Source of the DNA: an uncultured Verrucomicrobiota bacterium
GTDB lineage: Bacteria; Verrucomicrobiota; Verrucomicrobiia; Limisphaerales; UBA9464
NCBI GenBank assembly: GCA_903842505.1
Contig: CAIMMI010000130.1
Coordinates: forward strand, 1,971 to 65,970
Direction: 5' to 3'
Length of the DNA stretch: 64,000 bases
Below are positions 8,991-16,447 of this stretch, piece by piece (within the stretch, counting starts at the first letter, position 1; every line of letters starts with the position of its first letter). Under the pieces are notes generated by a model that saw only the letters and a program-made list of their open reading frames with translations, had not been told where the DNA came from and ran no database searches. A program made the position numbers and the translations under genes.

Positions 8991-11030
8991 ATGAAGTTCC
9001 TCCGCTGGCCCGCCGCCGCCTCCCTGGCCCTGGCTTCCTTCGGTCTTTTCGCCGACGGCCCCGCCGACAACATCGCCGAGAAGGTGCGCCCGGTTCCGCC
9101 CCCGGGCGTCGCCATCCCCGAGGACGTCAGCCAGTCGCTCCGTGAACCCGTCGACCGTCTCGGCGAGGACTTGCAGGTCCTGCGACGCAACCTCGCCGGC
9201 AAACCCGCCCTCCTGTCCCGCTGGGCCGATGCCGCCATCTTCCACAAGTCGGTCGACTGGGCCCTCCGCTACAACGAATTCTTCAAGACGAACGAGTTCG
9301 CCGCCGCCCGCGAGCAACTCCAGACCGGCCGCACCCGTCTCGATGCCCTGAAGTCCGGCCAGATCTCCTGGGCCGCCGCCACCGGCCCCACCGTCCGCGG
9401 CTACGAGTCCCGCATCGACGGATCCATCCAACCCTACGGCCTCGTCGTCCCCGCCTCCTGGACCCCCAACAGCGGCCGCCGCTGGCGCCTCGACTTCTGG
9501 TTCCACGGCCGCGGCGAGACCCTCAGCGAACTCGCCTTCGTCCAGGACCGTTCCCGCAATCTCGGAGAATTTGCTCCCCCCGACACCTTCGTCCTCCACC
9601 TCTACGGGCGTTACTGCAACGGCTCCCGCTTCGCCGGCGAAACCGACTTCTGGGAAGCGCTCGCCGACGTCCGGAAGCTCTACCCGATCGATGAAGACCG
9701 CATGGTGATCCGCGGGTTCAGCCTCGGCGGCGCTTCCGCGTGGCACTTCACCGCCCATCACGCGTCGATGTGGGCCGCCTCCGCCCCCGGCGCCGGATTC
9801 TCCGAGACCGCCGAATTCCTCAACGTCTTCCAGAAGGAGAAGCTCCAACCGTTCCCGTGGGAACAGAAGCTCTGGCGTCTCCACGACGCCACCGCCAACG
9901 CCGCCAACCTCCACATGGTCCCCCTCGTCGCCTACAGCGGCGCCGACGACTCCCAGATCCAGGCCGCCCGCGCCGTCGAGAAATCCATGGCCGACCTCGG
10001 CCTAAAGCTCACCCACCTCATCGGCCCCAAGACCGGCCACAAGTACGAACCCGCCACCAAGGCCGAACTCAACCGCCGCATCGACCTCCTCGCCAACCGC
10101 GGCCGCACCCGCTCTCCCCGCGACCTCACCTTCGTCACCCATTCGCTCCGCTATCCGTCCATGGCCTGGTTCACCCTCGACGGCATGGGTGAGCACTGGG
10201 AACCCGCCTCCGTCCGTTCGCTCCCGCCGACCGGCGACTCCGGCCGCCTGATCGCCACCACCAACGTCACCGCCTTCTCCATCCACGTCGAACCCGGCGA
10301 CAACCCGTTCCCCGAATCCGAACGCGTCGCCTTCGGCCTCTCCGGCTCCCTTCCCGGCCAAAGGACCAAGCTCATCGACCTCGGCGTCCGCGGCTCCGAT
10401 GGCTCGATCGATGCCTCGTTCCACTGGAACGGATCCGACTGGGCCCCGGGCCGGTTCCCCGAGGGAACCCTCCGGAAAAAACACGGAGTCCAAGGCCCCA
10501 TCGACGACGCCTTCATGGACCGCTTCGTCTTCGTCCTGCCCACCGGCCAACCGCTCAACGAAGCCGTCGGCAACTGGGTGAAGTCCGAATCCTCCCGCGC
10601 CCGCGAACACTGGCGCCGCCACTACCGCGGCGACGCCCCAGTCGTCGACGACTCCGCCCTCACCGACGAACAGATCGCAAACTCCAACCTCATCCTCTGG
10701 GGCGACCCAAACAGCAACCGCACCCTCGCCCTCATCCTGCCCCAGCTTCCCATCCGCTGGACCGCCGATTCCCTCGTCGTCAACGGCAAGACCTACACCG
10801 CCGGCGAGCACGTCCCCATCCTCGTCTTCCCCAACCCGCTCAATCCCGCCCGCTACGTCGTCCTCAACAGCAGCTTCACCTTCCGCGAGTACGACTACCT
10901 CAACAACGCCCGCCAGACACCCAAGCTTCCCGACTGGGCCGTCGTCGACCTCCGCACCCCTCCCAATTCCCGGTACCCCGGCAAGATCGCCGACGGCGGC
11001 TTCTTCAACGAACAGTGGTCCTGGAAATAA
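8991..11030 (+). CDS. Secreted alpha/beta-hydrolase (esterase / S9-peptidase-like) protein
   Basis: It has a signal peptide (MKFLRWPAAASLALASFGLFA), the nucleophile elbow IRGFSLGGASAW (GxSxG), and later YSGADDSQ...GPKTGHKY, consistent with Asp/His triad positions. It is divergent from the S8 protease. Confidence 0.7.
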   Translation: MKFLRWPAAASLALASFGLFADGPADNIAEKVRPVPPPGVAIPEDVSQSLREPVDRLGEDLQVLRRNLAGKPALLSRWADAAIFHKSVDWALRYNEFFKTNEFAAAREQLQTGRTRLDALKSGQISWAAATGPTVRGYESRIDGSIQPYGLVVPASWTPNSGRRWRLDFWFHGRGETLSELAFVQDRSRNLGEFAPPDTFVLHLYGRYCNGSRFAGETDFWEALADVRKLYPIDEDRMVIRGFSLGGASAWHFTAHHASMWAASAPGAGFSETAEFLNVFQKEKLQPFPWEQKLWRLHDATANAANLHMVPLVAYSGADDSQIQAARAVEKSMADLGLKLTHLIGPKTGHKYEPATKAELNRRIDLLANRGRTRSPRDLTFVTHSLRYPSMAWFTLDGMGEHWEPASVRSLPPTGDSGRLIATTNVTAFSIHVEPGDNPFPESERVAFGLSGSLPGQRTKLIDLGVRGSDGSIDASFHWNGSDWAPGRFPEGTLRKKHGVQGPIDDAFMDRFVFVLPTGQPLNEAVGNWVKSESSRAREHWRRHYRGDAPVVDDSALTDEQIANSNLILWGDPNSNRTLALILPQLPIRWTADSLVVNGKTYTAGEHVPILVFPNPLNPARYVVLNSSFTFREYDYLNNARQTPKLPDWAVVDLRTPPNSRYPGKIADGGFFNEQWSWK

Positions 11031-11033
11031 CCC

Positions 11034-11365
11034 GGTACCCGCCGACGTAAGGAGGCGGGGCCGAGGGGCAGTTCCCAGTCCCCAGTTCCCAGTTGCCAGC
11101 TTCCGATTCTGTTACGCCGGAGGCGTTGCAGCCGGTAGCCCGGGGTGCGAAGCAACCCCGGGTCCAAGGCCCCATTTCGAGATCTACCCTGGCAGGGGTT
11201 GAAGCCGGCGCGTCCTGCCCCGATTCGCGGCGGAGTCCATGATCCCGGACTCCTCCGCGATCCCGCCGCTTCGTACCACTGCCGGGGTACGGATGGATTT
11301 TTCCCCCAGTCCCCAGTCCCCAGTCCCCAGCTCAGTTCTGGATTCCGGGAACTGGCAACTGGGAA
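11034..11365. repeat. Intergenic repeat mosaic (arm fragment, two heptad tracts, three GC hairpins)
   Basis: It contains gtacccgccgacgtaaggaggcgg (arm family). Heptads cagttcc cagtccc cagttcc cagttgc cagcttc lie at 11069-11103. Hairpins are cccggggtgcgaagcaaccccggg, ggcagg..cctgcc and gcggcggagtcc..ggactcctccgc. Further heptads cagtccc x3 lie at 11307-11327, with ggaactggcaactgggaac to 11365. The last part overlaps the GH31 stop. Confidence 0.8.
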
Positions 11366-13218
11366 CTCACTTTCACCCCCCGAACCGCGATCACTCCCCG
11401 TCCTTCCACCCGATTCGTCACCGCCAGTTTCCTGGCCCGCCCGTCAAACACCCAGTCTCGTCCTTCCTCCAACCGCACCCCATCCCGCACCACCTCGATG
11501 GGCTTCGTCTCCCGGTGGATCCTCAGCACATGGGGCTTCACGGTCCCCTTCCACTCCACACGCACGTCGCCCTCCGTTTCCTCCACCGACAACTCCATGC
11601 TCCCGCTTCCATCCGGGTGATGAACCGTGAACCCACCCTTTCCCGACGGCCACACCGCCCACGTCAACATGCCCGCGGCCCCGGCATCCCCGAATCCCGT
11701 GTAACTCCGCCGCACATCCAGCGGCAGCACCGACCCATCCCGCACGTAAACCGGGAACTCCCCCAAGCCAAACTCCCGCGTCACCGTCGTCGGCCCCCGG
11801 ATCACCTCGGCGTCCCCGAACAACCAGCGCCAGCGTCCCGCCGGCAACACGACCGTGTTCGTCGTCGTGTCCCGATGGATCGGCGCCACAACCAACTCGT
11901 CCCCCAACTGGTACTGATACCCAATCCCCATCGGCCGCATCATCGGCAGACCGCCCTCGTGGCAACGCACTACCTGCGTGTACAGGTAAGGTACCAGCTC
12001 CGTGTGCATCCAGGCGTAGCGCCGGATGATCTCCAACTCCTCCGGCGTCCGCTTCCACAACCGCCGTTCCCCGTGCCCACCATTCAGGAACAGCCCCGTG
12101 AACGCCGCAAACTGCGCCCATCGGATGTAGAGCCTCGGCGGAATCGGCTCCGCACCGTGGTATCCGGCCACGTCATCCCCCACCACGCAGTAGCCCTTCG
12201 CCGCACTCGCGAGGATGTCCCTCAACGCCCCCTCGAATCCGCGGTCCAGCAACGATCCGGACTTCCGCACCGCATCCGCGTCGTCGCTCCCGCCGGACGC
12301 CTTCGAAGACCACTCGTGCGTCCGGTCTCCCACCCAGGTCACCGGCGCCGCGTCCCTCGGAGCGAATCCCTCCGGATGGCTCAACGGGAAGTACCGGTCG
12401 TCGATCGCCCGCGTCAGCACGATGAACTCGGGATTCTGCGTCAGCCCGTGCCGGTATTCCTCCCGGTTGTACCGGTCCATGTACTTCCGCGTGCTCATCC
12501 AACCCGCGTGCGTCCGTTGGTAGGGCAGGAAGCCCGGCCCGGAGAAGAGCGTGTCGGTCCCGTCCAGCTTCCAACCGTCGATGCCCCAATCAAACAGCGG
12601 CTGCTGCAACCCGCGCCACCACCTCAACGCCTCCGGATTCGAGTAATCCAGGAACGCGCCCCGCCCCTTCCACCAACCGACTTCGTGCCCGCCACCCGCC
12701 AGGTACCCGTTCGTCCGCGCCGTCTCGAAGTATTCCCCACCTTCCCGCAACGCCGTGTCCTTGCTGCGCCGGTTCACCATCGAGGTCATCCACAGCACCA
12801 CCCGATACCCATTCGTCTGCAAACCGCCGAAGAACCCGGCCGGGTCCGGGTACCGGTTCGTGTCCACCTGGAAGTCGTTGTACCGGGTGCTCCACGGGCT
12901 ATCGATCAACACGGTCCGTACCGGGATGTCGTGCCGGGCGTACCCGTCCAGCAGTTCCCAGACGGCCTCCGCCGTGTTCGTGTCATCCTCCCACACCCAG
13001 CACTCCAGGGCCCAGGCCGGCGTTCGCGGACCCTTTCCCTCGCTTCCCCCACGAAACGGCCACCCCCAGAACGGATACACCCAAAGCCCGTAGAACAGCC
13101 CCAGCCCGACCAACACGAACCGCACCAGCCAACGACGCCAGCGCCCGGGTCGCCTTCCAAGCCCGCTCCGCCCCGCTTCGCTTTCGTCACCCACCACCCC
13201 ACCTTCCCCATCAACCAT
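11332..13218 (-). CDS. Glycoside hydrolase family 31 (alpha-glucosidase/alpha-xylosidase-like), N-terminally membrane-anchored
   Basis: The 628-aa protein has an N-terminal TM segment (WLVRFVLVGLGLFYGLWVY). GH31 blocks are WVWEDD, DIPVRTVLIDSPW, VVLWMTSMV, FLDYSNPEALRWW and the catalytic-nucleophile-type GIDGWKLDGTD. Confidence 0.85.
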   Translation of the reverse strand: MVDGEGGVVGDESEAGRSGLGRRPGRWRRWLVRFVLVGLGLFYGLWVYPFWGWPFRGGSEGKGPRTPAWALECWVWEDDTNTAEAVWELLDGYARHDIPVRTVLIDSPWSTRYNDFQVDTNRYPDPAGFFGGLQTNGYRVVLWMTSMVNRRSKDTALREGGEYFETARTNGYLAGGGHEVGWWKGRGAFLDYSNPEALRWWRGLQQPLFDWGIDGWKLDGTDTLFSGPGFLPYQRTHAGWMSTRKYMDRYNREEYRHGLTQNPEFIVLTRAIDDRYFPLSHPEGFAPRDAAPVTWVGDRTHEWSSKASGGSDDADAVRKSGSLLDRGFEGALRDILASAAKGYCVVGDDVAGYHGAEPIPPRLYIRWAQFAAFTGLFLNGGHGERRLWKRTPEELEIIRRYAWMHTELVPYLYTQVVRCHEGGLPMMRPMGIGYQYQLGDELVVAPIHRDTTTNTVVLPAGRWRWLFGDAEVIRGPTTVTREFGLGEFPVYVRDGSVLPLDVRRSYTGFGDAGAAGMLTWAVWPSGKGGFTVHHPDGSGSMELSVEETEGDVRVEWKGTVKPHVLRIHRETKPIEVVRDGVRLEEGRDWVFDGRARKLAVTNRVEGRGVIAVRGVKVSSQLPVPGIQN

Positions 13219-13615
13219 CCCGAAGGCAAACCATCCGTCCGATCGGACTGATCGATCGGATCCGCCCGATCAGACCGATCCCCATTGAAGATCCCTGTCC
13301 TCTCCGCGCGTTCTCTCCACCGCCCTGGCGCCCTACGCCTCAGGCCACATCCCTTCGCCAGCCCATCCCGTACAGCTCCCGGAGACAGACGGGAATACCA
13401 CGACTGCAAATGAGCAGCCGTGGATGCATCTGCACCTTGCAGTTGCCTCGGCTTCAGCGGTTCCGGCCCACCCATTCACCGCAACGGAATTCATAACCAC
13501 ATGAACACCAATCACTAAAATCAATTGGCATACCAGGTGCACATGGAGAGGTGCACCAGGAGCTGAGGGTCAGCACCAAGGGGCAAAAGGGAAAAACGCT
13601 AACACTACAGCTAAC

Positions 13616-14299
13616 ATGAACATCTCTGTCCGCACCTTCCTCGGAGTCGCAGTCATCGCAGTCACTACGCTCGTCAACGCCCAGACCTGGACTCCGGTCG
13701 AGTGGCAGACCGCTGGCTCGGACGCCGCCAGCGCCGACTTCTCCAAGAAGTTCCTTCCGTCCATCGAAGAGGCCGTCTCCGCCGGGAAGTTTGATCCGTC
13801 GCTCTTCACCGAAGTGAAGGGCCTCGAGGGCGTGAAGCCAACCGAGGCCGTCCGGATCTACTTCGTCAGCGGCGAGAAGGGTCCCGACGCGTGGAAGGGC
13901 TACCGCTCGTTGTTCGCCTCCGACGGCACGCTGCTCGGCACCGAGTACACCCACACGGACGTCAACGCCGCCAAGGTGGTGTCCGGTGACTTCGCCGAGT
14001 TCGCCGGATCGGAGAAGGCGGCGTATCAGGAAGGTGGATTCGCAGCGGCCGGCGGCGGCACCGGAGCCGAATGGTGGGGAACGATCTACAGCCACTCGTC
14101 CTACAACGCCTCGATCTACGAGATCGCGGGCTCCGGCCTCTCGCTCCTCGCCTTCACGATGAACGGCGCGAACATGGGCATCGTGTTCTCCACCGCCGCG
14201 ATCACGACGCCGGAACCCGGCACCTACGCGATCATGGCCGGCTGCCTCGGCCTCGGCGTCTGGATGACCCGGCGCCGGAAGTCCGCCACGCAGGCCTGA
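13616..14299 (+). CDS. PEP-CTERM sorting-domain secreted protein
   Basis: It has a signal peptide (MNISVRTFLGVAVIAVTTLVNAQ) and a C-terminal TPEPGTYAIMAGCLGLGVWMTRRRK, which is PEP motif + TM + basic tail. Confidence 0.85.
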   Translation: MNISVRTFLGVAVIAVTTLVNAQTWTPVEWQTAGSDAASADFSKKFLPSIEEAVSAGKFDPSLFTEVKGLEGVKPTEAVRIYFVSGEKGPDAWKGYRSLFASDGTLLGTEYTHTDVNAAKVVSGDFAEFAGSEKAAYQEGGFAAAGGGTGAEWWGTIYSHSSYNASIYEIAGSGLSLLAFTMNGANMGIVFSTAAITTPEPGTYAIMAGCLGLGVWMTRRRKSATQA

Positions 14300-14350
14300 T
14301 CCAGCAACACCTTCACTCCAACACAAACCAACACATCAGCGGTCACACGT

Positions 14351-14392
14351 CCGCCGTTCCGGCCCCCACCGGAACGGCGGTTCTGCGTTTTC
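14351..14392 (+). terminator. Rho-independent terminator between convergent genes
   Basis: CCGCCGTTCCGG - CCCCCA loop - CCGGAACGGCGG forms a perfect 12-bp stem and is followed by TTCTGCGTTTTC. Confidence 0.8.
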
Positions 14393-14463
14393 CCACATCA
14401 ACGGGAACGTTGGCTGGCGGCGGCTCGGCCTTCGAGCCGCCGCGTCGGGCTGGTCGGTTCTAC

Positions 14464-16380
14464 TCAACGCGCCGTCACACGCACGAACGTGGCCCCGGCA
14501 GCACTCGGGATGAGTACATCGACGGGCGAGCCCGTCCCGCTCACAACCGGCCCCAGCGGTGCCCAATTGACAGCCCCAAGCGTCTCCTGAACCTCAACAG
14601 TATATGAGCGCCCGCTCTGGGTACTGAAGGTCACCCGAACCGATTCACCGTCCAGGCGGATCGACACGACGGGGGCCGCGGCGGCGTCCTGGGGAGCGAT
14701 GACAAACGATGTCACCTGCTGGGACTCCAAGGACGGGCTCGCTGAATCCCGAACTGCCAACCGGATCTCCTTCGTACCAACCTGAGCCGCGGTCGGGGTC
14801 CAGGTGAAGACGCCAGTCACTGGATCCACCGTTGCCCCGTCCAGGGGTGTCAGCAACTCGTACCTCAACTCCTGCTTCGGCAAGTCAACATCACTTGCCG
14901 ACAGCGTGAACGTCAGCAACGTCCCGACCTTGCCGGTGCCGGCGGGAATCGCGGCCAGCACTGGAGCGACGTTGGCCTCGGACACCGTCAGCAGGACTGT
15001 CCGTTCCGCGAAGAGCGGCGGCAGTCCATTGTCAGTTACACGCACGGTCACCGGGAACGTTCCAGGACCATCCGCTTCACCGGGAGTCCAGGTGAAAATC
15101 CCGGTAGACGGATGGATCAAAGCTCCAGCAGGTGCACCGGCCCCCAGCGAGTAAGCGAGAACCTGGCCAGCATCCGCGTCGGAACCCACGGCCGTAAAGG
15201 ACAGCAAGGCCAATTCCGGGCCACCTACGGGCTGCAGTTCCGCCAAAGTCGGCGCTTGGTTGGGCGCGATGGAAAACTGGACGACCAACTCCGATTCCAG
15301 CGTGGGCGAACCTGAATCCGAAACGATGAAACGGACGCCAATGCTCCCCGCCTGGTTCAAGCCCGGAGTCCAGTTGAACGAACCTGAATTCGGATCGAGC
15401 GTTGCGCCGGCAATCGGCTGCGCCAACCGATACGTCAGGGATTGGGCCGGAACATCGTTGTCGGTACCGCTCAATGTCACCGACAGGGGAACTCCAACCC
15501 TGCCAATGACTGGCGGTATCGCCGCGAGTGACGGAGGGGTATTCGCTTCCAAAACATTGATCACGACATTCCGGGTTGCACTGAGCACGGGCGAGCCATT
15601 GTCCGCCACTCGAATCTGGATCCCGAACGTTCCCGGGCCATCTGTCTCGGAGGGCGTCCAGGAGAACGCCCCGGTTGCCGGATCGATCTGGGCTCCGGCT
15701 GGCGCACCGGGGTCAAGGCTATAGGTCAGGGTCTGGCCAACGTCTGGATCGGTGGCCGACGCGGTGAAGTTGACTGGTGTCAATTCAGCTGCGTTCAGCG
15801 GGTCGACCGCCGCCAGAAGGGGCGGACGGTTCGGCTCGACGGCACCTCCAACCATGAACTGCGTCGCCGAAACGTTCTCCGTGATGGACCACGAAGCGTT
15901 GCCGGAACCAGTCGTGGGCGGCGGGCGGACGCCCAGACGGATGACTCCATACTGGGATCCTTGCGTTGGGGCAAAGCCAGCCCCTTGCCCGTTCCACACC
16001 ACGACATGGATCACAGCCTGCGCGTACAGGTTGGGCACCAGAATCCCCACGCGCTGGAACTGGCCGACCTTGTTGAAAGGGAGGCTGCCATCAACCACAT
16101 CCTTATGGAGGACAACATCATCGCCGGAGGTCCCCGGAACCGCACTTGCGGGCAAACCATTCCCGGAGGGGTCGGCAACAAACCAAATCGCGGTACCGAT
16201 CGGCGCCGGAACAGCGAACGCCGCATCCATGAACAGGCGATTGGCGGTGGGAGACGTGTTCAGATCACCTGTGTCGACCGTTACGGTCTTGGCCGTGGCC
16301 GCAAACGTATCCTGAGCCTGGACGGAGAAAGCAGTGAGGCAACCGAAGGCGAGCACCCGCGCAAAAAAATTGATCTTCAT
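14464..16380 (-). CDS. Secreted protein: novel N-terminal domain + four cadherin-like/Ig-like repeats + C-terminal FVRV-ending module
   Basis: It has a signal peptide (MKINFFARVLAFGCLTAFSVQA). Four units of roughly 95 aa carry the recurring pattern 'P.L..i......g..l.ft..a.D.D...Q.L.Y.L...p.GA.idp.tG.F.WTP....G......i.V.D.G.P.L', the dystroglycan/cadherin-like type. The N-terminal 170 aa are paralogous to gene 19391..20065. Confidence 0.85.
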   Translation of the reverse strand: MKINFFARVLAFGCLTAFSVQAQDTFAATAKTVTVDTGDLNTSPTANRLFMDAAFAVPAPIGTAIWFVADPSGNGLPASAVPGTSGDDVVLHKDVVDGSLPFNKVGQFQRVGILVPNLYAQAVIHVVVWNGQGAGFAPTQGSQYGVIRLGVRPPPTTGSGNASWSITENVSATQFMVGGAVEPNRPPLLAAVDPLNAAELTPVNFTASATDPDVGQTLTYSLDPGAPAGAQIDPATGAFSWTPSETDGPGTFGIQIRVADNGSPVLSATRNVVINVLEANTPPSLAAIPPVIGRVGVPLSVTLSGTDNDVPAQSLTYRLAQPIAGATLDPNSGSFNWTPGLNQAGSIGVRFIVSDSGSPTLESELVVQFSIAPNQAPTLAELQPVGGPELALLSFTAVGSDADAGQVLAYSLGAGAPAGALIHPSTGIFTWTPGEADGPGTFPVTVRVTDNGLPPLFAERTVLLTVSEANVAPVLAAIPAGTGKVGTLLTFTLSASDVDLPKQELRYELLTPLDGATVDPVTGVFTWTPTAAQVGTKEIRLAVRDSASPSLESQQVTSFVIAPQDAAAAPVVSIRLDGESVRVTFSTQSGRSYTVEVQETLGAVNWAPLGPVVSGTGSPVDVLIPSAAGATFVRVTAR

Positions 16381-16447
16381 GGTCTAGAAAAGGGGAATGG
16401 GGAGGGGCCCCTTGCGGAGCACCCTCCCCGGATTGATTAGGCAACTG

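Noticed and set aside
6225-9914. N-terminal extensions of ORF-track entries. Examples are the 1229-aa version of the S8 protease, 4650-5786 (fabG), 22482-24461 (anti-sigma), 32493-34811 (photolyase), 42704-44551 (DUF1501) and 28597-30201 (oxidoreductase)
   Set aside because: The extensions lack protein-like composition and overlap neighbouring genes. Internal starts give signal peptides, canonical N-terminal motifs, or ATGA start/stop coupling.
11145-11630. A 161-aa plus-strand ORF starting in the 11.0-11.3 kb spacer
   Set aside because: Its N-terminus is the translation of repeat hairpins (..PGLLRDPAASY..QSPVPSPQ..). The remainder is antisense to the GH31 gene.
13219-13615. A possible operator or promoter in the GH31 / PEP-CTERM divergent region (ccaggtgcac..gtgcaccagg, and the ccgatcgga-type microsatellite at 13236-13285)
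   Set aside because: The symmetry is short and imperfect, and I could not assign -35/-10 elements or an ECF-type promoter by eye. It is recorded here rather than as a feature.
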